This document shows positions 37,767 through 48,244 of a DNA stretch of 64,000 nucleotides, one piece after another. Source of the stretch: Myxococcota bacterium (GTDB taxonomy: Bacteria > Myxococcota_A > UBA9160 > JAFDDA01); the NCBI GenBank assembly GCA_965228475.1, contig OZ245817.1, forward strand, positions 4,352,001 to 4,416,000, in the 5' to 3' direction. The translations under genes and the position numbers were made by a program. Position 1 is the stretch's first letter, and each line of letters begins with the position of its first letter. The notes beneath the pieces are model-generated. The model saw only the letters and a list, made by a program, of their open reading frames with translations, was not told the DNA's origin and searched no databases.

Positions 37767-38990
37767 CTACTTGCTCGCTGCCGTCGCCAGATCCCACATC
37801 GGCATGTAGACGCCGAGCGCCAGCACCAGGACGATCAGCCCGACGAACACCACGAGCAGGGGCTCGAGCACGTCGCCGACCTTCTTGCTCTCGTGGGCGA
37901 CCTCGCGTTCGTAGAACGAGGCGAGCTGGTTCATCATCCGCGCCGTCTCGCCCGTCTCCTCGCCGACGGCGATCATCTGGAGCGCCAGCGGGCTGAAGAG
38001 CTCGGCGTTCCGCGCAGCCCGCTCGAGGGTCTCTCCGCGCGGGATGGCCTCGGCCATGCCGCGAATCCGCTCGGCGACCCAGACGTTGTCCGTGACGTTC
38101 CCGCCGAGTTTCAAGGATTGGATGATCGGCACGCCGGCCTTGTTCGCGATCGCGAAGGAGCGGGCGAAGCGGGCGATGGCCGCACGCTCCATGAGGCTCC
38201 CGAGGACGGGGATCTTGAAGAGCCTCGAGTCCTTGAACATCCGTCCGCGTTCGGTCTGGAGCGCGTAGCGCGCCCCGAAGAAGCCGGCCGCGGCGGCCAC
38301 GACCATCTGCGGCCACCACGCCACCGTGAAGTCGGAGGTGGCGATCATGATGCGCGTCGCCAGGGGCAGCTCGACGCCGGCGTTGGCGAAAACGTTCGCG
38401 AAGGCCGGCACGACGAAGCGGTTGATGATCGCGATCGCGACCACCACCGCACCGACCACGATCAGCGGGTAGCGGACCGCGCCCTTCACGAGCTGCCGCG
38501 TCTCCTCCTCGGTCTCGTAGAAGCTCGCGAGCTGTTCGAAGGATTCCTCGAGCGTTCCGCTCTCTTCTCCGACCTGCACCACCGAGACGAACAGGTGCGG
38601 GAAGACGTCGGGGTGCCGGGCCAGCGAGGCCGCCAGGGTGCGCCCGCTGCGCAGCGCCTCGTGCACCGTCGAGAGGGTCTCGGTCATCTCGGGCGTGCGC
38701 GCGGATTCGGCCACGCTCAGGATCGAGCGCAGGATCGGAACGCCGGCCCGCGTCAGCGAGTAGAGCTGCCGGGCGAGCATGGCGAGGTCCGTCGAACGCA
38801 TCTTCGTGCGGCGCAGACCCGCGAAGAACGCGCCCACCGAAGTCGATTCGGATCGCGCCGGCTCGATCGAGATCGGGACGATGCCGCCGTCGGCGAGCTG
38901 GGCGGCCACGGCTCCCGGGGAATCCGCTTCGACCAGACCGCTCACGGGCCGGGCGTTCTGGTTGCGCCCCGTGTAGCGGAAGACGCTCAC
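37767..38990 (-). CDS. mshG: MSHA platform protein (GspF/PilC family)
   Basis: RQLYSLTRAGVPI, VGEESGTL and QMIAVGEETG; operon position. Confidence 0.88.
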   Translation of the reverse strand: MSVFRYTGRNQNARPVSGLVEADSPGAVAAQLADGGIVPISIEPARSESTSVGAFFAGLRRTKMRSTDLAMLARQLYSLTRAGVPILRSILSVAESARTPEMTETLSTVHEALRSGRTLAASLARHPDVFPHLFVSVVQVGEESGTLEESFEQLASFYETEEETRQLVKGAVRYPLIVVGAVVVAIAIINRFVVPAFANVFANAGVELPLATRIMIATSDFTVAWWPQMVVAAAAGFFGARYALQTERGRMFKDSRLFKIPVLGSLMERAAIARFARSFAIANKAGVPIIQSLKLGGNVTDNVWVAERIRGMAEAIPRGETLERAARNAELFSPLALQMIAVGEETGETARMMNQLASFYEREVAHESKKVGDVLEPLLVVFVGLIVLVLALGVYMPMWDLATAASK

Positions 38991-40741
38991 TGCTCGTCCG
39001 TGGCCCCGGTGCCCGCTTCGGCCGTTTCACCCTGGGGCGCGCTCGGCGCCGCCTCGGCCCCGCTCGCGACGCGCAGGACTTCGTCGATGCTCGTCAGACC
39101 CTGGCGCGCGTAGATCAGCGCGGTGTGTTCGAGCCGCCGGAACCCTTCGGCCTTGCCCGCCGCCCGCGTGTAGCCGGCGACGTCCTCGCGGCGCAGGGCA
39201 TCGGCCATCGTCTCGTTGATGGCGAGCATCTCGTAGACGCCGATGCGGCCTCGGTAGCCGGCGTCGTGGCAGGCGCCGCAGCCCCGCCCGCGGTAGAACT
39301 CGAGCTCCGCCCACTTCGGCCCGGCGAGCTTCGTGACGGCCGCCTTCTCCTGGGCATCGAGCGCCACCGGCTCCCGGCACTCTTCGCACACCCGCCGGAT
39401 GAGGCGCTGCGCGACGATCCCGAGCAGCGAGGTCGCCACGAGGTAGCCCTCGGCACCCATGTCGATCAGGCGCGGCGCGGTCGCGATGGCATCGTTCGTG
39501 TGGAGCGTCGCGAGCACGAGGTGGCCGGTCATGGCGGCGCGCAGGCCGATCTCCGCGGTTTCCTTGTCGCGGATCTCACCGACCATCAGGACGTCGGGGT
39601 CCTGGCGCAGGGCGGCGCGCAGGACGCGGCCGAAGGTCAGGTCGATCTTCGGCTGCACCTGCACCTGATTGACCCGCGCCATGCGGTACTCGACCGGGTC
39701 TTCGACGGTGATGATCTTCGTCTCGGCGTCGTTCAGCTCGCGCAGGCCGGCGTAGAGCGTCGTCGTCTTGCCGCTGCCGGTCGGGCCGGTCACGAGCAGC
39801 ATGCCGTGGGGCCGGTTCAGGAGCTCGCGGAAGATCGCAAGCGCCTCCTTCGGCATCCCGATGTCGTCGAGACCCATGCCGTGGCTCTGGTCGAGGATGC
39901 GCAGCACGACGGATTCGCCGTGCTGGATCGGCATGGTCGAGAGGCGGACGTCGATCGAGCGGTTGTCGACGCGGAGCTGGAAGCGGCCGTCCTGGGGAAT
40001 GCGCTTCTCGGAGATGTCGAGGTGCGCCATGAGCTTCAGCCGCAGCACGAGGGCCGGACCGATCCGGGTCTCCTTCATCACCTCTTCGTGCAGCACGCCG
40101 TCGACGCGCTGCCGGATGCGCAGGAGCTTGTCGTCGGGCTCGATGTGGATGTCCGAGGCGCCCATGCGGATCGCGTCCTCGAAGAGGTGCTGGAGCAGCC
40201 GGACGACCGGTGCGTCGCTCTCGTCGACGTCCTCGGAGAGGCTCGCGAGATCGACGTCGTCGTCCGAGAGTTCCTCGTCGAGCTCGACGGCGAGCTTCTG
40301 GACTTTCTCGTTCTGCCGGTAGACCTTGTCGAGGAAGGCGAGCAGCGAGCTCTCCGTCACGCCGGCCGGGCGGACGACGCGCCCGAGCTGACGCGTGAGC
40401 TCGTCCATGGCCATCACGTCCGTCGGATCGGACATGGCGACGAGGTAGCCGCCGGCGTTCTCTTCGATCGGGATCGCGCGGAATCGCCGCGCGTGGGTCT
40501 CCGGGAGCTTCTTCACGACCTCGACGTCGAGTTCCGCGCTGCGCAGGTCGATCTTCGGGATGGAGAGCTGGGTGCAGAGCAGCTCGATCAGCACCTCCTC
40601 GCTCACGTAGCCGAGTTCGACGAGGGTGCGTCCGAGCTTGCGGCCGGTCTTCTTCTGGGCGGAGAGCGCCTCTTCCACCTGGGCGCTGGTGAGGATTCCC
40701 TGCTTCTCGAGCAGCTCGCCGATGCGGATGCGCCGGCTCAT
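38987..40741 (-). CDS. mshE: MSHA assembly ATPase with MshEN c-di-GMP-binding domain
   Basis: RIGELL..QG..., KLGRTLVELG, ASDIHIEP, GPTGSGKTT and LRQDPD motifs. Confidence 0.92.
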   Translation of the reverse strand: MSRRIRIGELLEKQGILTSAQVEEALSAQKKTGRKLGRTLVELGYVSEEVLIELLCTQLSIPKIDLRSAELDVEVVKKLPETHARRFRAIPIEENAGGYLVAMSDPTDVMAMDELTRQLGRVVRPAGVTESSLLAFLDKVYRQNEKVQKLAVELDEELSDDDVDLASLSEDVDESDAPVVRLLQHLFEDAIRMGASDIHIEPDDKLLRIRQRVDGVLHEEVMKETRIGPALVLRLKLMAHLDISEKRIPQDGRFQLRVDNRSIDVRLSTMPIQHGESVVLRILDQSHGMGLDDIGMPKEALAIFRELLNRPHGMLLVTGPTGSGKTTTLYAGLRELNDAETKIITVEDPVEYRMARVNQVQVQPKIDLTFGRVLRAALRQDPDVLMVGEIRDKETAEIGLRAAMTGHLVLATLHTNDAIATAPRLIDMGAEGYLVATSLLGIVAQRLIRRVCEECREPVALDAQEKAAVTKLAGPKWAELEFYRGRGCGACHDAGYRGRIGVYEMLAINETMADALRREDVAGYTRAAGKAEGFRRLEHTALIYARQGLTSIDEVLRVASGAEAAPSAPQGETAEAGTGATDEQ

Positions 40742-42150
40742 CGCGCGAGGGCCTCGACGCGGGCTTCGGCCCAGCGGGCCGGGCGCTCGCCCAGGCCGCC
40801 GACGCGAAGGGCCGCGCGGTACGCCGTATGGGCCGGCTCGCGCTGGCCGAGGGCCTCGAGCGAGATGCCCATGCCGAGCCAGGCGTCCGCGCGGTGCGGA
40901 GAAAGCTGGAGCACGTTTCGGAACGACGTCACCGCCGCTTCGTGGCGCTCGAGATCCTGGAGCAGCGAGGCGCGCAGGGCGTGCAGCGCGACGTCGTCGA
41001 AGGGGACGGGGGCGATGCGGGCGAGGACGGCGAGTGCTTCCGCGCTCCGTCCCTCGTCGGCGCGGAGTCCGGCCAGGAGCTTCGCCACGGAGGCGCTCGT
41101 CGGGTTGCGAGCGTGAAGCCGGGTCAGGAGCTCGGCGGCTTCGGTGCGGCGTCCTTCGTGGAGCCAGGCCTGCGCGAGGGCCAGGGAGGCGCCCTCGTGG
41201 CCCGGGGCTTCGCGAAGCGCGCTCTGCAGGAGTGTCAACGCCTCGGACGTGGCCCCCGCCTCGAGCAGGGCGTTCGCCTCGCGCACGTTCGCCGTCGCGC
41301 GCTCGGCGGGCGTCGCCTCGCGCTCGGTCCTCTCCATGCGGACGTCCGGCGTATCGACGACCTCCGGGGCCGCCTGGGCGGGCGGCGCCGGAGCTCGTAC
41401 GGAAGTCGGGGAAGGGATCTCGGGAAGAGCCGCCACCCGGGGCCGGCGCGGTGCAGGCTTCGCTCGCTTCGGCGGAGCCGCATGGAGTTCGAGAGCGATG
41501 TGGCTTCCGGCGGCGCGGCGAACGAGCTGGCTCCGGAAGTCGACCTCGCCCTCGAAGGCAAGGCGGACGACGACGCCCTCGGCCTCCTCGACGAGGTCGA
41601 GCCCCTTCAACCAGGGCGTGTCCACCCGCCCGGCCGTGGTCGGGTCGAGGGACGATGCGATCTTCACGCCGCCGAGCGTCAGGTAGAGCTCACCGTCGAT
41701 GAGCACGGGCCGGGGTTCGCTGCCGAGCGGTCCGGTGACCTCGAGATCCACGCGGACGCGGCTCGGCCCGCCGTCGACGAAGAGCGTGCGTAGCTCGGAT
41801 CGGTGTGCGATCGCCGATTCCAGAGCATCGGCCGGATCGGACGGCGACACGGCCGGGGGCGGGGCCGCGACGTCGGGAGTCCGCTGCGGCGACGCGGCGG
41901 CGATCCGCTGCTGAACGGCCTCGGGCAAGACCGCCCGGGGCGTCAGCGCGAAGCGTTCGGCGAAGCGCGCCGCGTCCCCGTCGCGTGCGGCGAGCCAACC
42001 CGCCACGGCGCAGCCGGCCAGCAGGATCAGCACGAAGCGGGGAATCACGACCGCCCGCCGCGGGCTCGGCCTCGGCGGAACGGGCTGCCCCCACCCCTCT
42101 TCGTCCTTGCGGCGATCGAGGTCCCGGAGCGTTTCGTTGATGAGGCTCAT
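40738..42150 (-). CDS. mshN: MshN-like TPR protein
   Basis: MSLINETLRDLDRR start and C-terminal TPR repeats (AWLGMGISLE). Confidence 0.75.
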   Translation of the reverse strand: MSLINETLRDLDRRKDEEGWGQPVPPRPSPRRAVVIPRFVLILLAGCAVAGWLAARDGDAARFAERFALTPRAVLPEAVQQRIAAASPQRTPDVAAPPPAVSPSDPADALESAIAHRSELRTLFVDGGPSRVRVDLEVTGPLGSEPRPVLIDGELYLTLGGVKIASSLDPTTAGRVDTPWLKGLDLVEEAEGVVVRLAFEGEVDFRSQLVRRAAGSHIALELHAAPPKRAKPAPRRPRVAALPEIPSPTSVRAPAPPAQAAPEVVDTPDVRMERTEREATPAERATANVREANALLEAGATSEALTLLQSALREAPGHEGASLALAQAWLHEGRRTEAAELLTRLHARNPTSASVAKLLAGLRADEGRSAEALAVLARIAPVPFDDVALHALRASLLQDLERHEAAVTSFRNVLQLSPHRADAWLGMGISLEALGQREPAHTAYRAALRVGGLGERPARWAEARVEALAR

Positions 42151-43010
42151 CGGATGCGTCTCCAACCGCGCTGGGGCGCGGAGGTCGCGAAGCGCGAACC
42201 CTTCGCGGTGTCGGTGTCGGCGACCGCGCGCCGCACGTGGCGCCAGCCGACGCGGCCCTGCCCTCTCCCGTAGGCCGCGAGCATCGCCTTGTGGCACAGC
42301 AGGTTCATGATGCGCGGGTTCCCGCCGCTCGCGCGGTGAAGCGCCTGGATCGCGGTGCGGGTGAAGGGGACGTCGCCCGAGCGGCCCGCCGCGGAAAGCC
42401 GCTGCGTGAGATAGCTCCGGGCATCGTTCGCCGAGACGGGTGCCAGACGCGCCGTGAAGCTCACTCGCTGCGCCAGCTGGCGGAGCGCGTGGGTCCGCAG
42501 CCGCTCTTCGAGCTCGGGCTGGCCGAAGAGGACGACCTGGAGGAGGCGGTGGCGTTCGGTCTCGAGGTTCGTGAGCAGGCGGATCGCCTCGAGGCTCGCC
42601 GTCGGAAGCGACTGCGCCTCGTCGACCACGAGCACCGTCCGCCGGCCGTCGAGGTGGAGTTCGAGCACACGGTCTTGGATGCGTTCGAGGAGCGCGTGGG
42701 TGGGCGCATCGTCGTCGACCGCCACGCCGAGCTCGCGCGCGACCGCCGCGTAGACGCCCTTCGGCCCGAGGAACGGGTTCGGCAGGTACGCCGTGACGAA
42801 GCGCTCATCGAGTTCACCGAGCAGCATGCGGCAGAGCAGGGTCTTCCCGGTCCCCACCTCACCGATCACCTGGATGAAGCCTTCTTCTTCGTGGAGCGCC
42901 GTCACGAGGGTCTCGAGCGCCTCGCGATGGCTCGCGAGGGGCACGAAGAATCCCGTGTTCGGCGTCAGCGAGAAGGGCTTCTCGCGCAGTCCGAAGTGGC
43001 GTAGGTACAA
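42147..43010 (-). CDS. mshM: ExeA-family AAA ATPase
   Basis: MYLRHFGLREKPFSLTP, GEVGTGKT, DEAQ and RLLTNLETE motifs. Confidence 0.9.
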   Translation of the reverse strand: MYLRHFGLREKPFSLTPNTGFFVPLASHREALETLVTALHEEEGFIQVIGEVGTGKTLLCRMLLGELDERFVTAYLPNPFLGPKGVYAAVARELGVAVDDDAPTHALLERIQDRVLELHLDGRRTVLVVDEAQSLPTASLEAIRLLTNLETERHRLLQVVLFGQPELEERLRTHALRQLAQRVSFTARLAPVSANDARSYLTQRLSAAGRSGDVPFTRTAIQALHRASGGNPRIMNLLCHKAMLAAYGRGQGRVGWRHVRRAVADTDTAKGSRFATSAPQRGWRRIR

Positions 43011-43020
43011 CGCGCCCTCC

Positions 43021-44718
43021 TCAGTTCCGGCTCATCGAACGGACGCGCTGCGTGGTCTCGTCGACCTTGCGGCTCCATCCGCCGACCTCGACGATCTCCG
43101 GGCGCAGCAGGATCACCAGCTCGTTCTTGCGGGCGACCTGACGCTTCTGCCGGAACGCGCCGCCGATCAGCGGGATGTCTCCGAGCAGCGGCAGCCGTGC
43201 GTCCTTCTCGTCGAGCACGTTCTCGATGAGGCCGCCGATCACGATCACCTGGCCGCTCCGCGCCCGGACGATGCTGTCGGACTCGCGGATGGTGGAGAAG
43301 GCCAGCGGCAGCTGGAGCGTCGCGACGCCCGCGCCGAGGTTGATCTGCTTCACCTGGTCACGGACCTGACTGACGGCCGGGTGGACGTGGAGCGTGATGT
43401 CGTCCTTCTCTCCGATGCGCGGCGTCACGTCGAGCGCGATGCCCGAGAAGAAGGGCGTGAGCGTGACGTCGGGCGAGGTCGTCGTGGCCGTGCCGGTGAC
43501 GGTGGTGGTCGACACGTCGGTCACGAAGAACTCGTCGTTGCCGACCTTGATGACGGCCTTCTGGTTGTTGAGCGTCGAGATGCGCGGGCTCGAGAGGACC
43601 TCGACGTCGCCCTGGGTCTTCAGGAGCTCGATGAAGGCGGCGAACTCGTCGAGGGCGACGGCGATGCTGAAGACGCCGCCGAAGGCCGAAGCCGCGGCGC
43701 CCTGGATCATGGCGAGCATGGCCGGGTCGAGGATGCCCGCGTTGCCGGCCGTATCGGACGGCGCGACCTGGTCGAGGAGCCCCGTCCCGCCACCGTTCAG
43801 CGTCGTGCCGCCGCCGGTCTGGGAGAGCGCCAGCGAGTTGCCGAGAACGCCGCTCCAGTTGATGCCCTGCTGGTAGCCGTCCGAGAGCGAGACCTCGAGG
43901 ATCTTCGCCTCGATGATCACCTGACGGCGAAGGTTCTTGTGCGCCTGGTCGAGGTAGTCCTCGACCATGGCGAGTTCGCGCGGCATGGCGCGGACGGTGA
44001 CGATGCCGGCGTGCGGCGACGACATGACGGATCGGCCTTCGCCGCTCCCGACGATCGCGGCCACGGTCTTCCCGAGCTCGCTCCAGAAGTCCGCCGCCGT
44101 CTCGGTCTCGACGTGGGTTCCGGTGAGGGTCGAGGTCTCGGAGGAGCCGGTGGTGGTCCCTTCGGACCCACTGCTGCTCTCGCCCTGCTCGCTCACCTGC
44201 CCGGAGCTGACGCGCGTCTGCGAGTGACCCTGGCGGGAGACGTTCAGGTAGTCGACGTGGAAGACCCGGGTCTCGAGGCGGGCCGGGGTCACCTCCCAGC
44301 CGCCGTCGACGCGCCGGTACTGGAAGCCGTGCACCTCGCGAAGCGTCTCGAGCACCTGGGCGACCGTCACGCTCTTCAGGTTCATCGTGACTTCGCCGTC
44401 GACGCCGGGGTGGACGACCATGCCTTCGCGCGTCCCCTCGACGAGGTTCATCAAGAAACTCCGCACCGGCGCCCGCACCACGGCGACGTCGAAGCGCTGG
44501 GGCGCCTCCCCGCCTTCGGGCGTCGTCTCGGCCAGGTCGGACAGGGACGGCCGGAGCGCGTCGCGGACCTCCTTCGGCGCGGTCGGCGGCGGAAGCGGCG
44601 GCGACGTCTCGGCGAGCCCCTGGAAGGCATCGTCCATCGGCTTCGGAACGGTCGTTTCGAAGGTCGAGCAGCTTCCCAGGAGGAAGGTCAGCGGCACGAG
44701 CAACCATCGACGACTCAT
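43021..44718 (-). CDS. mshL: MSHA secretin (lipoprotein)
   Basis: LGSC lipobox; RQVIIEAKILEV, NNQKAVIKVG and PFFSGIALDVTP motifs. Confidence 0.93.
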   Translation of the reverse strand: MSRRWLLVPLTFLLGSCSTFETTVPKPMDDAFQGLAETSPPLPPPTAPKEVRDALRPSLSDLAETTPEGGEAPQRFDVAVVRAPVRSFLMNLVEGTREGMVVHPGVDGEVTMNLKSVTVAQVLETLREVHGFQYRRVDGGWEVTPARLETRVFHVDYLNVSRQGHSQTRVSSGQVSEQGESSSGSEGTTTGSSETSTLTGTHVETETAADFWSELGKTVAAIVGSGEGRSVMSSPHAGIVTVRAMPRELAMVEDYLDQAHKNLRRQVIIEAKILEVSLSDGYQQGINWSGVLGNSLALSQTGGGTTLNGGGTGLLDQVAPSDTAGNAGILDPAMLAMIQGAAASAFGGVFSIAVALDEFAAFIELLKTQGDVEVLSSPRISTLNNQKAVIKVGNDEFFVTDVSTTTVTGTATTTSPDVTLTPFFSGIALDVTPRIGEKDDITLHVHPAVSQVRDQVKQINLGAGVATLQLPLAFSTIRESDSIVRARSGQVIVIGGLIENVLDEKDARLPLLGDIPLIGGAFRQKRQVARKNELVILLRPEIVEVGGWSRKVDETTQRVRSMSRN

Positions 44719-45095
44719 CGAGATTCCTTTCCTTCGCCGGCATGGGGCAGCGCCGACGATTCTCGGACCGGGGTCTTCACCGAGGGACCGAACAGAGTCA
44801 GGGTGACGGGCCCGTCGGGCCCGTGGAGTTCGACGCGGGTCGCTTCGATGCGCGCGACCGTGGCGGCGCCGACGGCGTCGCCCTCCTGGACGCGCCGCCC
44901 ATCGATGACGGCGGTGCGCCGCCCTTCGAGGGTCAGGATCGCCGAGAGCTCCCGCGCCGGTGCGCTCGCGCTCGCTTCGGCGACCGGAACGATGCGCGGC
45001 GGACGCGTCGGATCCTCGAGCGCGCGCGCATCGAGGACGAAGGCGATGCCGACCGCCAGCGCCCAGAGTGCCGCGAGGGACGGGGCGTTAGACAC
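44715..45095 (-). CDS. mshK: MshK-like protein
   Basis: LEDPTRPP, LSAIL and AVIDG motifs. Confidence 0.8.
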   Translation of the reverse strand: MSNAPSLAALWALAVGIAFVLDARALEDPTRPPRIVPVAEASASAPARELSAILTLEGRRTAVIDGRRVQEGDAVGAATVARIEATRVELHGPDGPVTLTLFGPSVKTPVRESSALPHAGEGKESR

Positions 45096-45762
45096 CGATC
45101 CAGCCCTCCTGCTCGCTCAGGGTGAACAGGCGCAGGCGGACCCGCGCCTCCGGATACGTGACGACCTCGTAGTCGAGCGACTCCCAATAGAGGCTCCAAC
45201 CGAGCCGCTCCACGGCGCGCAGGTAACGCAGGGTGTCGAAGTAGCCGCCGCGGTACTCGATCTCGACGACGTGCTTGTAGAGCGCCGGTCGGGCAGCGCC
45301 CTCCACCGCAGCGGTCGCTTCGCCGTCCTCCTCTTCTTCCAGCGCGGAGACCGGCGCCAGGAGCTCGAGACGATCGAGCGTGAGCCCGTGCTGCTCGGCG
45401 AGGATCTGTCGCAGGGCGCCGACCATCTCGTCCGGCGTGATGAGCTGGCTCGCGCGCTCGGCGAGTTCCGCGTCGAGCTGCTCGATCTGGGCGACGAGCC
45501 GGTCCCGCTCTTCCCGGGATTGGCGGTCCGGGTCGCTGGCGGCGCTCGCGGCGGCGTCCGAGCTGCGCCGGTCGAGGGCTTCGAGCTGACTCTGGGCTGC
45601 TTCGATGCGCTGGGCCGCGCCGACGCGCTCCGCCTCGATGTCGTCCCAGAACAGGACGGTCCAGGCGCCCCAGAGGACGAGCAGGCTCGCTCCGGCGACG
45701 GCGACCCGTTCGCGCAGGCTCAGCGCATCCACGGCGGCAACGAGCTTGTGGACGTGGACCAT
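45088..45762 (-). CDS. mshJ: MshJ-like protein
   Basis: DALSLRER, LYKH, YFDTLRYL and WESLDYEVVTYPEA motifs. Confidence 0.85.
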   Translation of the reverse strand: MVHVHKLVAAVDALSLRERVAVAGASLLVLWGAWTVLFWDDIEAERVGAAQRIEAAQSQLEALDRRSSDAAASAASDPDRQSREERDRLVAQIEQLDAELAERASQLITPDEMVGALRQILAEQHGLTLDRLELLAPVSALEEEEDGEATAAVEGAARPALYKHVVEIEYRGGYFDTLRYLRAVERLGWSLYWESLDYEVVTYPEARVRLRLFTLSEQEGWIGV

Positions 45763-45770
45763 CAGTTCCT

Positions 45771-47318
45771 TCAAGGCGTGTCTCCCGGCTCGCGGCGGCT
45801 GCCGAGCGAGAACGCCACGACGCCCGGCCCCGCTTCGGGCGAGCCGAGTTCGAAGGCGCGGAAGGACTTCCCGGCGAAGGCCGGCTCCCCCTTCAGGCTG
45901 GAGAGCCAGGACGGCACCGCCTCCGGGCTCATCGCTGCGCCGGCGAGAGAGATCGACTCGCCACCCGCGAGCAGTGCGATCCGCTCGAGCCAGACGTCTT
46001 CGCGGCGAAGCCGCGCGAGCGTCTCGAAGGTTTCGGAGAAGCCCGTCAGGTTCCCGAGCCCTCCCCCCGAGAGCGCCTCGAGCATGCGCGACTTCCCGAC
46101 GCGCGCCTCGCGCAGCGCCGCGATCTGCACCGCCAGGCTCTCGTCGGGGCCGATGGCCCGGGTGCCTTCGACGCTCTCGATGCGGGCGGATGCGGCCGCG
46201 ACCTGCGCCTCCATCGCCTCGATCGTCTGCGCGGTGCGGGTGTTCTGCCAGGAGCCGAAGAGCGTCATGCCGACCAGGCCGACGAGGAAGATCGCGGAGG
46301 CCTTGAGCAGCGTGTCCCCGGAGAAGGGTGCGCCCGAGAGGGCGGCCTGCGGATTCCACATCTCCAGGTGGCGGCCTTCGGCGCGGCGGAGCGCGGCGCA
46401 GAACGCGGCCAGGGCCTTGTCCTGGAGATCCTGGGGAAGGGAGACCGTGGTATCGACGAGATTCGCCAGGTCGATCTGCGCGACCGAAACCTGGGTGTTG
46501 TCCTGCAGGTGGGCGACGAAGGGGCCGAGCTCGAAGGGAGACGGCAGGACCCAGAGCGCCTGCGCCGGCACGCGGCCGAAGTTGCTCTCGAAGTAGTCGA
46601 GGGAGCGCTGCACCTCGAGCAGCACGTTCTCGAGGTCCGGGCCGATCTCCTCGGAAGCCGACTCGAGGCCCGAGAACGTCTCGAGCACCGAGAGGTCGGT
46701 CACGAGGTCGCGCGCCATGCAGAGGTCGCCGCCGCGCGTGACGCCGAAGCGGCTCCGCTTGGGCGAGAGGCGGAGGAAGGCCTGGCCTTCGCTGGCGTCG
46801 CCGACCACGGGCGAGAGGTTCAGGAGGGCCGTCTCCCGGATCTCGACGGCGGCGGGCTCGAGGCCGCTTTCGCGCAGCGTCTCGACCACCTGGTCGATGA
46901 GCTCCGCGCGGGCCGCCACGGCGAACATGCTTCGGCTCGCGTCCGGCCCTTCCACCGGGAGCGGCAGGCAATCCACGACCGCGTGCACGGGGTCGAAGTC
47001 GAGCTCGTCGCGAAGCGCCCAGCGCGTGGCTTCGCGCAGCTCGTCGTCGGGAACGTCGGGCGCATCGATGGGCCGGACCACGTAGGCATCGGAAGGCAGC
47101 ACGGCGGTCGCGGGAACTCCGGCGAGCCCGTGCTCGCGAACCGCACCGGAGAGTGCGAGCGCGAACTCGTCGGGCCCGTCGAACTTCACGTACTCGCACA
47201 CTTCGAGCGCAGGACGATCGTCCCCGTCCATCAGGTGCACGAGTGCGAAGCCATCTGTATCGATCGCGACGCCGACACGGCCTCGCGCCGCGCCGCTCGC
47301 CTTCCAGCCTAGAACCAT
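45771..47318 (-). CDS. mshI: MshI-like protein (PilM-like plus PilN-like domains)
   Basis: PDVPDDELREATRW, LEVQRSLDYFE, a TM helix and VWLERI. Confidence 0.8.
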   Translation of the reverse strand: MVLGWKASGAARGRVGVAIDTDGFALVHLMDGDDRPALEVCEYVKFDGPDEFALALSGAVREHGLAGVPATAVLPSDAYVVRPIDAPDVPDDELREATRWALRDELDFDPVHAVVDCLPLPVEGPDASRSMFAVAARAELIDQVVETLRESGLEPAAVEIRETALLNLSPVVGDASEGQAFLRLSPKRSRFGVTRGGDLCMARDLVTDLSVLETFSGLESASEEIGPDLENVLLEVQRSLDYFESNFGRVPAQALWVLPSPFELGPFVAHLQDNTQVSVAQIDLANLVDTTVSLPQDLQDKALAAFCAALRRAEGRHLEMWNPQAALSGAPFSGDTLLKASAIFLVGLVGMTLFGSWQNTRTAQTIEAMEAQVAAASARIESVEGTRAIGPDESLAVQIAALREARVGKSRMLEALSGGGLGNLTGFSETFETLARLRREDVWLERIALLAGGESISLAGAAMSPEAVPSWLSSLKGEPAFAGKSFRAFELGSPEAGPGVVAFSLGSRREPGDTP

Positions 47319-47476
47319 GGGTCACCCCAGCCCGGACCCCTCCAAGGGCCCTCAGGCGTTTCCCATCGCCTTCTAGAACGGCAAAACGACAGAGAACCTG
47401 AAACGAGTCAGGCCCGTTTTCGGTTCCACCGGGGAAAGCCCGAGGGCCGAACCCCTCGCGATGCTAACGTCGCTCG

Positions 47477-48238
47477 ATGCTTCGCCGGATCTACTCGTCG
47501 CTGTACTGGGGCTTCGTGACCGCGAGCTCGATCGCGCTGTTCCCGGTGGCCTTACTAGTATGGGCGGTGACGGCGCCCTTCGATCGGCGCAAGGTGGTGC
47601 TCCACCGCTTCACCTGTTTCTGGGCGTCGCTCTACACCTGGTTCAACCCGGCCTGGCCGGTCACGGTGACGGGCCGGGAACACATCCAGCCCGGCGAGAC
47701 CTATGTGATGGTCGCCAACCACCTCTCGGTGATCGACATCTTCGTGCTCTTCCGGCTCTGGCGGCACTTCAAGTGGGTGTCCAAGGTCGAGAATTTCCGC
47801 ATTCCGTGCATCGGCTGGAACATGCACCTGAACGGCTACGTCCCGCTCCGCCGAGGCGACCGCGCGAGCGTGATCGAGATGATGCGGGCCTGCGAACGGG
47901 AGCTCGCCGCGGGCAGCTCGATCATGATGTTCCCCGAGGGCACGCGCTCGATGACGGGACAGCTCCGCCCCTTCAAGACCGGCGCCTTCGAGCTGGCGCT
48001 GAAGGCCCGCAAGCCCATCCTGCCGATCGCGCTCTCGGGCACCCTCGAAGCGCTGCCCGACCGCGGCGTCCTCCTCCAGGGCTACCACCCGATCGAGCTC
48101 AAGGTGCTCGAGCCGATTCCCTACGAGAGCTTCGCGGGCGCCTCGGCCGAGGACACGGCGCTGCGCGTGCGCGAGATCCTTGCCGCCGAGCTCGCCGACA
48201 AGAACCTGACGCCCTCGGACGCCACGCCAGAGGGCTAG
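47477..48238 (+). CDS. 1-acyl-sn-glycerol-3-phosphate acyltransferase family protein
   Basis: NHLSVID and FPEGTRS motifs. Confidence 0.92.
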   Translation: MLRRIYSSLYWGFVTASSIALFPVALLVWAVTAPFDRRKVVLHRFTCFWASLYTWFNPAWPVTVTGREHIQPGETYVMVANHLSVIDIFVLFRLWRHFKWVSKVENFRIPCIGWNMHLNGYVPLRRGDRASVIEMMRACERELAAGSSIMMFPEGTRSMTGQLRPFKTGAFELALKARKPILPIALSGTLEALPDRGVLLQGYHPIELKVLEPIPYESFAGASAEDTALRVREILAAELADKNLTPSDATPEG

Positions 48239-48244
48239 GGAGCG

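Noticed and set aside
35302..46596. Very long alternative-frame ORFs (792, 1135, 663 and 1267 aa)
   Set aside because: Shadow or antisense frames of well-supported genes, expected in high-GC DNA.
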